Source: Podarcis bocagei
Taxonomy: Eukaryota
Assembly (NCBI GenBank): GCA_964188305.1
Contig: OZ076889.1
Reading direction: 5' to 3' (one strand)
DNA length: 64,000 nt
In this document: piece by piece, positions 48,008-60,306 of the stretch
How the letters are laid out: each line of letters starts with the position of its first letter
Numbering within the stretch: position 1 is the stretch's first letter
Made by a program: the position numbers and the translations under genes
Notes under the pieces: model-generated
Database searches by the model: none
What the model was told of the DNA's origin: nothing
The model's input: only the letters and a program-made list of their open reading frames with translations

Positions 48008-50836
48008 GTGAGCCCGCTGCCTCTTCTTCTCCCTGCGAAGACGAGAGACCCTTTTCCTTAAGCGGATTGCCTCCCTCGCAGTCTGTGTAAAAGTGGAGTG
48101 GATCCGAATTTGCCCCCAGAGATACCAGCTGCTATGCCCTTTGCTCCGGAGTAGTTTCATTTCATTGCAGCGGGGGGCGAATATTTCGCGTTAAGCGGTT
48201 TGCTCATCGCAGCTTAAGACCCGTCCAGGAATTCCCCCCCCCAATGTAATTTTAATTACATTTCGTAATTTTATAAAGTATCCCCACCCCCACCCCTCCT
48301 CTTCCTTTGAAATGCGCTTTTTCGTGTGGTGGAAACGACTTCCCCTTCCACTCCTGAAGGCAAATTGGCACGGTTCCACCTAACGTCTGTAAGCGCTTGA
48401 CACCCCTTACTTGGTGTGTCTGTGTGTGGAAAGCTACGGGTTTTTTTTGGTGTGTTTTTTAACTGTAGATCTAAAATATAAACAAATACCTGAATTTCCA
48501 GCTGAAAAGGGGGGAAAAAGAAATAAAGAAAAGCGCGCGCCAGCACACGAAAACAAGTTTAGTAGGAAACGTCTGCAGGCGAAAGAGAGAAATCGAATAT
48601 TTGGCGCACGGAGGACTGACACCGCTTCCACTTCTTACGAAGGACGCCGCTTCGACTTCATACAACGGAGTAGTCCCTTAAGGCATCGCTGGCTTTTGAG
48701 GATTTTTTTTACCGTGCCCCGATTTCGCTTCGAACTGTCCCTAAAGCAAGCGGGTGACAGACTTGCATGACCTACTTTTTCTTTTGGTGCCCAAGCCAAA
48801 CCGTTTAGAATTAAAGAATCTGCATTGAGTTTATCAGAACTGATGGGAGCTCGCGGTCGGTCCACCCACCAACGCATCCATACATCCCTCCGTGTCAGCA
48901 GCATAATTTAGAGGGGGTGGGCAAGTCTTTTCGTTGCTGCTGCTCAGCAGTTGTCCTTTGCAAACCAAAGACCTGCCAGCAGACCCGTATCTGCCTCCTG
49001 TTCACCCCTCTTTTAAAAGGTAGTTAATTCCAGCGGTTTGGGGTTCCCCCCTACATCTGTGGCGATCGGCGCGGTCAGAATCCTCCAAACTAGCTCGGCT
49101 GCCTTCGATGGGGCTACTCCGGGGTAAGTGATCGCAAGCAGCCTTAAACCAGACCGTGCGCCAAACCCTCAAGGGCCGCCGCATTTCCTAGTCTCTGTTC
49201 AAGGAATTCTAAAAATGAATGCAATATACTTATTCACTGGAATCATAAAACCGTAGGGCTGGAAGGGACCCCTGGCCCGGGGGTCATCTAGGCTAACCCC
49301 CTCGTAATGCAGGAATCTCAACTAAAGCACCCATGACAGATGGAAATAGAAGCCTTGCTTAAGCCAAAACGAAAAGACATTTAAACCAGAGCAAATTGTT
49401 TGCAAGGGCTCGAGTAGAGCCTGTTGGGTTTGGGTTGGCTTTTTAGGGGTTCTGGGGGATAGTGTTCCCCCTTTTTTGCTGTAACCTTCCTGCCTCTTTC
49501 CATTGTGCTTTATACTACTTACCTGCGCATGGGAAACGTCAAATCGTGCGCTGCATCTATAGACGCCGGTGGGGAACAAGTCCCATGGAAACATGCAGGG
49601 CTGGCTTCTGTGTAGGCCCGGGACGGTGGATGGCGCGCAGCCTCTTCCGTCGCAAAGATTTCGGCAAAGCAAGGAACCGGTGGACTAGCTGCAACCTGGT
49701 TAAAATTATTCCGCGGGATCAGGAATGTGTCCCCGAAACTAGCTCTGCCTCCTTCCACGAGGCTACTCTGGGCAGACCCATTTATACCCCCGGATCGGGG
49801 CGCCCTAGATAGGGTCGGGCTCTGTTTCGCCCCGGCCCCGGCTATGGCGCCGGATGGTCAGGGATGATGTAGGAGGGCGCAGTGCCCGCTACCTCCGCTC
49901 CAGATGATCTCTCTTACATTTCATCTTGGCGATTCAGGTGGATCGGACATGCATCGCCCACACTCGCCCTCACTGACATCTTAACCGCTGGGATTGCGGG
50001 GTAATTAATCCCCATCGAGGTGGCATCCCTCGCCAGGGAGCAAAGCTCCATTGGAAACAGTAATCGGGTTCAGGATTGCCTTGCGACTTTGGATGGAGTC
50101 GGCTGCTTAGCTAAAGGGGGCTTTGGGCGCGGGCTTGACTGGCCGAGGGTCGCCCTCCGCCGGCTTTGTTCCGCGCGCCTAATGGAGCGCAGCGCCCAGG
50201 CGGAGTTGGCGCGAGCGCTTTTGTCCCTCGCCTCGCTCGGCCTCGGCCGCGCCAAACGGCTTCATCAAGCGCGCGCCCTCCCTCCAAATTGGCCAAGGGG
50301 GCCATTGTGTTTAATGACCCCCCGAATTAAATTCAGCTGGCTGGTTTCTATTCTCCTCCTTTCTCTTCTGGTGACGTTCCCTTCTTCCTCTTCCCCCCTT
50401 TTTTTGTGGCCTCAGCTTAACGAAATAAATAAATCCTCGAGTCTAAGCAGCAGCCCCTCGGCCTGTTGACTTCGGCTCGAGTGCTTAAGTGGCAATTTAC
50501 ACCTCGGAGGCCCCAAGCTGGAAGTGGCAAGGCGGGCTCTAATTGCGGAGGGTATTTGGAGGCCGCGCAAGCTGAGGCATTTTCATTTAAATCGTGCCCG
50601 GCACGAGCGCCGGGCGGGCGAGGTCTTGGGCTGCTGCTGGAGGAGCGGCAATTAGTGCTCAAGGGCCCCATTGAAGCGCTTATGCCTCGGGGCCGACTTC
50701 GCCCCCTAATTGCCGCCGTTTAGTTTTGGCTGGAGGGGAGGGAAGGATGGTCGGCAGCCCCTCTTTCCTTCTCCTATGACGAGCCTCAGTTTTCGGCGGC
50801 CTTCGGCGAGCTCAGCCGTCTGGTCTTTCTTCGCAG

Positions 50837-50944
50837 TTCCCGAGGCTCATGGCTGAGGAGTGTGGGCGAGTAGCAGTAGCAGCAGCGGCGGCGGCGGCGA
50901 CCGCGACTGGGAGAAGACGGAAAAGCGCGGGAGAGACGGGGCTG
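50837..50944 (+). CDS. LHX8: LHX8 coding exon 2 (FPRLMAEECGRVAVAAAAAAATATGRRRKSAGETGL)
   Basis: Acceptor tctttcttcgcAG at 50835-50836; donor CTG|GTAAGT at 50945; 108 nt, phase 0/0; resembles mammalian GLMSEECGR...RKGAGEEGL. Confidence 0.92.
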
Positions 50945-51500
50945 GTAAGTCCGCGAGACGCGGGTGGGATGGAGCGACGAGCGCTGCTCGAGAAACGGAC
51001 TTTCCTCCTAGTCTGTGAAGGGAGCGTGTCTGAGGCGACAGGGGACTCTTTGTGTGTGGGCAGCGCGAGAAAGGCGGGAACGGGGCATTAGCGGGCGGCC
51101 AGGCGGGCGCGTGGCTTCGCAGTCTCTCCCACCTGCCCCGACCCAGTCAGGGCACTCACTGGGTGGCCTTCAGGTCGGGTTGGGTTCTCTTCTGAGGGAG
51201 ATTTGTGAGGGCGAAGGGGCACAAACACGAAGAAGGGCGCCAGGGAGAGAATATTCAACCGTAGTAGGAACTGAGGGGAGCTCCTCTCCCTATTATCAGT
51301 TATTTTATCAGTAGTATTGGCGGGGAACCTCGGCTGAGGCGGCTGGTTTAAGGGAGCGCTCGCCATGGCAGCTGGGTCTAATGATTGGGCGGCGGGGAGA
51401 GGACGATAGTTACCTCGGAGAGGCTCCTGAGGGAAACAGGCCCGTGGGGAGGGGTCGCAGGCCCGTGTGTATTTGACATCTGCTCGTGTCCGTGTGGCAG

Positions 51501-51668
51501 GTGAGCCCCGAGGTTGCCGGAGACGAGGATTCGTGCTCGCCGTCCACCCCGCTCTCGCCTTCTTCGTCTTCTCCGCGCTCGCTGAATTCGGGCCCGGGCG
51601 GATGCGCGCCCAGCAAGTGCATCTGCAGCAGCTGCGGCCAGGAGATAATCGACAAGTACCTTCTCAAG
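51501..51668 (+). CDS. LHX8: LHX8 coding exon 3 (Ser/Pro-rich linker and start of LIM1)
   Basis: Acceptor ggcAG at 51499-51500; VSPEVAGDEDSCSPSTPLSPSSS...KCICSSCGQEIIDKYLLK; donor AAG|GTGAGT at 51669; 168 nt, phase 0/0. Confidence 0.95.
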
Positions 51669-53459
51669 GTGAGTTGGAGGGCCTTGCAAGCCTGGGCCTT
51701 GGAGCGGGAAATGAATGGGCTTCGAGCTCACAGTGGGGCTTCAAGGAAGGCCAATCTGTCCGCCAGGATCCTAGATTTTTTGCTCTCCTGAAAGGATCAC
51801 CTCCTGATACACTCTGGACTAGGAGAGATTGTGCTTTCCAGCAGGTGATCATTGAAAGTTACTGAAAAAGCACGCTTCTTTGGTCAATAGTACCTTTTGA
51901 ACGAGTTTGTTTTTTTAAGAGCTCTTTTGCAGGGAATCACCTCCAAAAAGTACTGCTAGAAAATGCTGTGGGCCTTTGCAGAGGTTTCCCACCCTCCTCA
52001 GTACAGTAACTTATTTCACTTTACTTGGATATTTGAGAAACCTGAAACCTGAAATCTTTATATATTTAGGGAGATTTGCTCACTGAGTTTGCAACACTAT
52101 TTCTTTGCAGTCAAAATTCCTTGACTACTGGGCTAGTCTTAACCTTCGGTTAGGATAATTTAGGATCATTTGTTTAGTGCACATATTTGCTACAAAACAG
52201 GGCCACTGTTTTGACAAATTCAAACTCAGAATTATGTTGTAGGTTTTAAAAGCTGCCTTACTCAAGTGAAGTTTCCTCTTCGGCTTATAAATGTCATATG
52301 TGCACTAGATCATGGGTTAGTAGGCACTAATCAAAACTGAAGTCTGGTTTTGTTGTAAAAAGCCAGATAATTTGGATTTCACAATCATCAGACTGTCTTG
52401 AGTTTGTCAGTAGATATAAGAGGCTCCAAATCTGGGCCATGCTGAAACTAGGAAATAGCTTAATTTTTTCCTGCTCACTCCTGAAGTGTCTTAAATACCA
52501 CTTTACAACACAATACAATAAATATCTACCTAGGAGCTTACTTCATTGGCTGCAGTAGGACTTACTCTCAGGTTAATGTGTGTAGAATTGCAGCATTCAA
52601 TAGCATCCATACTTTTAAAATCTGAAGTGGAAAGTTAAATATAAACAAATCTGGAAGCATAATGCAGAGTCACGTGTTGTAGAATGCATATATTTTATCC
52701 TGCTGTTTGGTTCATGAAACGGTGCCTTAGTAAAAGGTCTTCTTCTGGCTGAATATAAAATTTTAATTATTCATCTGCCCTGGCCAGATAATCTAAGGAG
52801 GTTGTGTTCAAAATAGATTGCACTTGCAGCATTAGGAATAAATATGTTCCATTGCTTTAAGCTTGCTGGAGACATAAAAGTAAATTACCAGTTTTCAAAA
52901 TTTGGATGAAGAAACAAAATTTCCAAAATCCCCAGTGATCATAACCACCAGCTCAGAAAACGAATCTGAATTGGATATGTATTTTCTTGTGGTGCTCTTT
53001 TTTCCTTTTTCCTTTTTTTGAGGTGCCAGAAATTAAAAGCCAACCTGAGATTACATTTGATATTCTTACTTAATATTTGATTATAATTGTAATATTATAT
53101 GTATGGGCTTATGGAGGTGCAACTGTTGGCTCCTGTATTTGAAAGGAAATTAGTCTGTATCTTTTTCTTTCTTCCTTTTTTGTTTGCCAGAAGTTCTATG
53201 AATGCCTGGCAACTAACATAGGGTGAATTTAGGAAGCAGGCATGAAACAAGATTTTAAAAATAATTTTTGGGTTTATCCTGCCAACATGGCACATTTGGG
53301 GAATTATTGTGTGTGAGCATTGCAGTATATCTGCACACAGAATATGGGAGTGGATATTTGTCATCTGAAGTTTGGCATAACACAGGCATAGGCAAACTCG
53401 GCCCTCCAGATGTTTTGGGACGACAACTCCCATCATCCCTGACTACTGTTCCTGTTAGC

Positions 53460-53800
53460 TATAATAATAATTTATTTATACCCCACCCATCTTTCCCAGC
53501 CACTCTGGGCAGCTTCCAACAAAATATTAAAATACAATAATGCATCAAACATTAAAAGCTTCCGTAAACATGGCTGCCTTCAGATGTCTTCTAAAAGTCT
53601 GGTAGTTGTTGTTCTTTGACATCTGAAGGGACGGTGTTCCACAGAGTGGGTGCCACTACCGAGAAGGCCCTCTGCCTGGTTCCCTGTAACTTGGCTTCTC
53701 ACAGTGAGGAAACCGCCAGAAGGCCCTCAGCGCTGGACCTCAGTGTCCAGGCAAAACGATGGGGGTGGAGACGCTCCTTCAGATATACTGGACCGAGGCG
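53460..53800 (-). mobile_element. L2 LINE 3' end in LHX8 intron 3, followed by (CTA)n at 53801-53850
   Basis: tttatttataccccacccatc...cagccactctgggcagc...gtgccactaccgagaaggccctctgcctgg; reverse complement of 59720-59920. Confidence 0.8.
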
Positions 53801-53801
53801 G

Positions 53802-53841
<40 letters not shown>

Positions 53842-55367
53842 AACAACAACATTTGGACCCCACCTTTTCTCCAAGGAGCTCAAGCTCATGTATATGATTC
53901 TTCCCCCCTTCCTTTTTTCTCTCACAACAATCCTGTGAGCTAGGTTAGACTGAGAGTTTGTGATTGGCACAGGGCCACCTACTGAACTTCATGACCAAGT
54001 GGGGATTTAAATCCTAGTCTTCCAGATCCTAGTCAAACACTTGAATGAAGAGTGAACCCTTAGCATAAAACAGCTTGAGGTCTCCAAAAATGTTTCCAAC
54101 TGCTGATTAAAAAGTAACATAATGCAGACTGCAAGGATAAAGTGGTAATACTACATGGGACTATTAATTGTTTATGCTGCAGATCAAACTTGTGATGATT
54201 AGGCTGCACCTGGAGTTCTGTGTCCCGTTGTGGGTGCCGCACATCAAGAGGTCCAAGCTGGAGGGTGCTCGGAGGAGAGCAATCCAGATATCAAAGTGGG
54301 TCTAGATACCGAATCCTATGAGGAATGGTTGAAAGAGCTGGTTGTGTTTAGCCGCCCTAGAAGAGAAACTATTAATGGGAGACGTGAGGCTGTTTTGCAA
54401 GACGGAGTGAAATTGCAGTTGTTCAGCATTAGAAGAAACCTCTCGAGCTGTTCAGCACTGTAGCATGGCTCCTTGGGAGCTGATGGACTCTTTCTTCATT
54501 GGAGGCATTGGGAAGTTGGAGCAGATGATTTCGGGGACCCTTGAAGCTCTGTGCTTCTTTGACTTCAGTTGTTATGAACATGTTCTGTAGCCCTCCGTAC
54601 TGCTGCTCCTAGCACTGGTGGTGAAGTCAGAGAGAGAGAATAATGCTTGTTTGTGAATTAGGTAGTTAATCTTTTTCACTGATGTGACTTTGTTTCCAAC
54701 CCGGGGAAAACAATGTGGCAAATACTCTTTCCCTCTTCCCATTATTGAAGAAACAAATACAGGAGTGTTGCATTGTAGCTTACTGGTAAATTCTTCTAGC
54801 ATGGGGAGTATGTTTATACGGTTACAGCAAATACCACCGACAATCGGCAATGGTAAACTCTGCAAGCAGGGTTCAATCATAGTTGGTAGGATTGTTTATG
54901 CTGTTTCAAGGCTTAGGCAATGTTGTTTATGTATCTTTTGTGTACATCGTGCTCATTTCAGAAGGTCATGGTAAGTCAGTTACGTGACTGTTACGTGATC
55001 AAAGGTACTTCAAAACTGGATTCAAAACTCCAAACTTTCAGTTACAACACTGCACCTTAAAGAACAGAGAACTTTAAAAATTCATTTTTAAAATTAATAC
55101 AGTGATGAATTACCATCAAGGACTATTAGTTTTCCTTCAGCATCTGACTTCACTGATTTGATCATCCCTCTAACTTTATGAAACGTTAAATTCTTGTTTC
55201 ATAGGGTTTTTTTTAGTAAGGCTGTTGGCATTTTTGAAATGGCGTAGTGGACAATTAATATATCTATTTAATGTTCTGTATCTTGGGTTATTACCAAATC
55301 GCTAAGTGACAATCAATTGAGCTACAAATATTCTGAAAAACTTTATTCTTGCTATTAAAACTTAGTA

Positions 55368-56024
55368 CAGTGGTTTACCAGGTGGATGGTATCTCCCCGG
55401 GGGGGGGGGACTAAGAGGTGTGGGGGTGAGGGTGGGTGCTGGCAGTATGCCACTCCAAAGCCTTTGATTGCTTCTTTACAAAGGCCTGGCTAGAGCACTA
55501 GAGCAAAAAAACACCACCTTGGTATTTCATGTTTTATTGCTCTTATCACTTTCAAAGCCATTTCCTTTGGTCACATTTGTTTTTATTTACGATTCTGAAT
55601 TGTTACAAGGTACCCAATTATTGGTAATAGGTAACTGATTCCCTTACAAATAATTTTCTGTGTATCTGTGGTAGGTGAAAGTTTGTGTTTGTTTGGTAAG
55701 CAGCTACATATAAATATTTTAGGCTATAGATTTCCTTCACCCTTTTGTTTTTATTAATGATGCAATAAAAAAGTTCATGCAATACTGTTTGCCATATATT
55801 CTTTAAATTACAAGATTAGAGTTTATGAATTCATTTTTTATATTTATTTTCCGAATAAATATAAAATTACTACTGTTTTGAGTTTTACTGTGTTATCATC
55901 TTTGGTGGGTTGTGCAAACCACTGTTTTGAATAATGCTTTTTATAAGATAGGATATAGAGGGCACTGGGGGTGAGTTGAAGAAGCCAGTGGGGCAGTGGT
56001 CCCCCAAAAGTATGGGAGCCACTG
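55368..56024. mobile_element. Degraded hAT-type DNA transposon
   Basis: Ends CAGTGGTTT...GAGCCACTG; partial 8-bp flanking match acttagta/atctagca. Confidence 0.45.
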
Positions 56025-57470
56025 ATCTAGCAGAGGATTAAAAAATGTCTGTTCACACAATTCACTCTGGTTGTGTCTATTACCTTGTCAGCACAAGTAA
56101 TAAATGCAGCTAGGATATAGTTTGCTATGTGATCAACTACAACAATTGCACATCGGCTGTTTGGTTTGAGAGCATGGATCATTCATCGGCTCCATCACTT
56201 AATGTAGCCAAGCAAGATAACCTCCACTACGGTTGTGAATGATCCATGGTAAGTTTCATATAAACAAGCAGCTGAATAAGTGTTTCACTTTCTCATGCTT
56301 TAAATGGTAAGCTCTGCAGGGCAACTTCACCCCTTAAGTGCAGTTCAAGGTGATATGGTGTCAGCTAAAACTGCCTCTCTGGATTAAACAGCTCCATAGT
56401 CATCCATGCTATGTTGCCCTCTTCCCACAATGTTCTGTTAAAGCTTACACAAACACTTATTCTAAAGGCTAGAATAACTTGAATAACTTGAATATAAACT
56501 TGTGTCCAAAGTCTTGACTAGCTTTTGACTTGGGGCATGTTTGTGCTAGCTCATTTTCATGTGATATGTCGTTGAAAATTGCTCAAGTAAAGGCTACACC
56601 TTTATATTTTTATTCTGTCACCCTTGTTATAGCCTGACCAGCAGGGGTGGTGTTGGAGGAGGCCTATGGGAGCTTCACCCTCCAGAATACTTGCCCCTTC
56701 TCTACCTTTTAGAAGCTTGTTTTATTACTTTGCAGTATATCTGTTTGCCATGTAAGCAAAGCTAAATTACCAGTGAGACTCCAGCCACTTGCAGTCTTAA
56801 TTCTCCCAGAGGCAAATTAAACCCTGAGAGCAGGAGCTAGATTTTGTGTGTTTCCTTCTGAAAGGTGCCTTAAAATCACATCTTTACATTTAAATCATAA
56901 TTTGTATGTTTGGCCTCTGCCTCAAGTCTTTTATGCCCATGCTGACTTACGAATACTTATTGCTCATTTGCATGAAAATTAATAACCCATTGCTGCTAAC
57001 TTATTTATTCAGGTGAATTGTGTGAGCAGGACTGGAAAATCAACAGAACCACCCCCTCAAATAAAATTGGGGAATACAGGAACAAAACAGTTCTCCCTTA
57101 AGATGGTTTTGTGCTGTTCTGTTCGGTCACTGTAGATGCACAGTCCCTCTGGGGAGAGAAGCTGTTTCTGGATTTCCACAAGTGGCTTTTCTTCCTTGCA
57201 TTAAGCAGAGCTCTGGCATGACTCATTTGTGTCAGTAGGGCTTGTAGTGGAGAACTTCTCGATAAATTGTGCCCCTCTTGGGTGTAAAATTATTATTATT
57301 ACTACTACTAGTAGTAATATTATAAATTCCATTTGTGATTGCTTTTTAGATCTGTGGATTCTCACACTTGAGAGTCCTAAGTATTACTTTGAACTTTATT
57401 TCTTCAAGCCCTGTTTATAGTTTGCTTAAATCACTGCTACCAAATGTAAAATTTCTTTCTCCTTTCATAG

Positions 57471-57592
57471 GTAAATGACTTGTGCTGGCATGTGCGGTGT
57501 CTCTCTTGCAGTGTATGTAGGACTTCTTTGGGAAGACACACCAGCTGCTATATCAAAGACAAAGACGTTTTCTGTAAACTAGACTATTTCAG
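57471..57592 (+). CDS. LHX8: LHX8 coding exon 4 (remainder of LIM1)
   Basis: Strong pyrimidine tract tttctttctcctttcatAG; [40 protein letters not shown](R); donor CAG|GTATAC at 57593; 122 nt, phase 0/2. Confidence 0.97.
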
Positions 57593-58454
57593 GTATACTA
57601 TGCTTTATTTACGTATGTGTTTATTGCGTGTATGCATCAACTTTCTGTCAAAGCATTTTAGGTGGCTTATAATATGAAACTATGAAATGTAAAACTGTCC
57701 CTATTGGAGGGGGTCAGTCAACTGGAGCAGACCTGATGTTGTTTGCCTCCCTCCATCGCTCTTCTTTCCTCTTATAGGGCAGGTGGTATCTTGTAATTAC
57801 AAAATACTAAGATTATGACAGTAGACCCATGAATTTTTGTGTTTTATGTGCATGGACACATCCTAGTACAAAGGGCTTATTTGCACAGCAGTGCTCATAA
57901 CTGAAACACACTATTGGCTGAGCTGGCAAGAACTATTGGAAGTTGAGCCCAACGATACCCGAAAAGGACACAGATTCCCTATCCCTTGCTTCAGTGTCAT
58001 TTGGTAGCCATTATTAGGCTACTTTCTGGGTAGCTGCTCTTGAACCATTCCCTCTACATCTTGTTGTCCTCTTAATTTTTTTTTATTGAAAAATGTTTAT
58101 TTTTAGTTATTTAAAAAATCTGAAAAAATATGGCCCTTCACAAAACAAACAAAACCTGCAGCATTCATGCCAGAAATTGGGAAACCAAATAAATCTTTTT
58201 AGGAACAGTTCCCCTTCTTAATTGCATAACTCGCAGCATGTATACGACAAGTGGACCACAGGCTGGACCATACTCAAAGCTGAATATTTTCCAGTCCATC
58301 TAACATCAGAATCCTATGCATATCCTATGTATTTTAAATGGAACTCACTCACAGGAAATTAAAGGATTGTAGCCTATTTCTCCCACTGAGCTAACAAAGT
58401 GCTTAATGTCACTTTCATATATCCTGACTGAAAGAATTGCTGCAGAAGATCTGT

Positions 58455-58524
58455 TAGATAGATAGATATAGGTATAGATATAGATATAGATATAGATATA
58501 GATATAGATATAGATATAGATATA
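58455..58524. repeat. (ATAGAT)n hexanucleotide microsatellite
   Basis: Direct reading. Confidence 0.95.
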
Positions 58525-59339
58525 TGCACACACCAACAAACAGTGTCATGGAGTGGTCTGGGATAGAGCATGGCTGGAAGAGTGTAGTTATCTGGAATTA
58601 CTTGCAATCTGATGAAATCAATCTCAATATTATAACTTCAAAAAATGTTTTCGATTAAGCCCTACTGCCATCTTCCTGTTTCCATCTACTCTCGCAAACT
58701 GCAATTGTTTCCTCCAGAAGGAAAGTATTTCTGTTGCATGCCAACACTTTGGGGAGTAAACTACTCCCGTTTCTTCTTTGCAGACCAAGATAAAACATGG
58801 AAATACTTTGCTGCTAGAGTAAGCTACTGCCATTGAAGGTGTAAGGAGAAACTCACCCTTTGTTATCTAAAGTGCTTGGGGTTTCTGACTGTAATAAAAG
58901 TACCTGGCCTTTCATCCTGAATAACACCTAATATGTCTGTTGAAAAGTCAGGAGAAAGAACTTGGAAACAGTTTTTAAAACTGACAATCAGATCCATGAA
59001 GCCTACAGATGTGAAACTGTGAGATGCTCTTCAGAAATACAGCAAGTGCTCACTTACATTGATTTTTTGACATTGTTTTGTATACTGGTGAGAGTAATAG
59101 AATTAATTCTCAACATCTTCCCATTCTCAGCTCATTTGTCCTTCTGTTTCAGTGCCAACGATGGAGGGGAATAGTGTCTAAACAGCAGAAAAATATTGTC
59201 GTAAAATGGCTCTAGTCAGACTCTTGCCATTATAATGCTTTAGTAACAATTCATTTGGATTACTGCAATGCACTCTACTTGGGGATTCATTTGGTGCAGA
59301 ATTCTGCTGCCTGCTTTCACAACATTCGCCTAACTGTTA

Positions 59340-59697
59340 CCGTATTTTTCGCCTTATAGGGCGCACCTAGGGGGTTTTTTGGGGGGGGATAAAGAAAAAA
59401 AAATATTTCCCCCCCAGGAACGGGGCTGGGACGGGGGAAGCCCGAGCTTCCCCCGACCCCAGCCCCCCAGAACAGGCTGCTATCCGCAAGCCTAGGGAGC
59501 CTGGCGGGAACTCCCGCGGGCTCCCAAGGCTTGCGGATAGCTTCCTGAAGCCTGGAGAGCGAGAAGGGTCCGTGCGCACCGATGCCTCTCGCTCTCCAGG
59601 CTTCAGCGAAAGCCTGCATTCGCCCCATAGGACACACACACATTTCCACTTCATTTTTGGAGGGGAAAAAGTGCGTCCTGTAGGGCGAAAAATATGG
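59340..59697. mobile_element. Tc1/mariner (Tc2/pogo-like) MITE with three internal hairpins, LHX8 intron 4
   Basis: TA|CCGTATTTTTCGCCTTATAGGGCGCAC...GTGCGTCCTGTAGGGCGAAAAATATGG|TA; same TIR type as 15744-15997, opposite orientation. Confidence 0.88.
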
Positions 59698-59719
59698 TAA
59701 TTTCCAAATTATATTTGAG

Positions 59720-59920
59720 GGCCTTCTCAGTGGTGGTGCCCACCCTGTGGAACGCCCTCCCATCAGATGTCAAGGAAATAAACAACTATCTGACTTTTAT
59801 CTGAAAGCAGCCCTGTTTAGGGAAGCTTTTAATGTTTGATATTTTATTCTGTTTTTAATCTCTTGGGAGCCGCCCAGAGTGGCTGGGGAAACGCAGCAGG
59901 GTGGGCAGGGTATAAATAAT
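59720..59920 (+). mobile_element. L2 LINE 3' end
   Basis: gggccttctcagtggtggtgcccaccctgtggaacgccctccc...gccgcccagagtggctgggg...ggtataaataa. Confidence 0.8.
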
Positions 59921-60062
59921 TTTATACAAATAATTTTATGCACATATAATATGGAACTTAATAGTCATTAAAATGGAATGAACCGCCATGTGAATGCAGC
60001 CTGTATTGCAAACGTCCTGTCCCCCCGCCTTTTACCTCTTTAATGCCCTAAATGGCCTAGGC

Positions 60063-60306
60063 CAGGGGTCGGTTTACCTTGCCTGGGCTGGATCAGTCCT
60101 GCAGAGAACCCTCCATGGGCTGGGTTCTCGCCTGCGATTTCTGGCATCTGCGTGTGTGCAGACATGATTTCCGGCGCTGCAGAAGTGAGTCCCCACACCG
60201 CGCTGCGCTGGTTTAGTGCAGCGCTCCAGGACTCGCCAAGCTCAGTTCTGGGGTGGCTCGTGGGCCAGTTAAACAGCTAGCGTGGGCCGCACGTTGCCGA
60301 CCTCTG
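60063..60306. mobile_element. Non-autonomous hAT transposon with perfect 8-bp TSD
   Basis: GCCTAGGC (60055-60062) | CAGGGGTCGG...CCGACCTCTG | GCCTAGGC (60307-60314). Confidence 0.9.

Larger units (their letters stand above)
45150..51750. promoter_or_regulatory. CpG-island domain over the LHX8 promoter and exons 1-3
   Basis: Visibly high CpG and GC density relative to CpG-depleted flanks; few repeats; TA-rich tract at ~47497-47519 upstream of exon 1. Weaker CpG retention extends upstream to ~41 kb. Confidence 0.85.
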
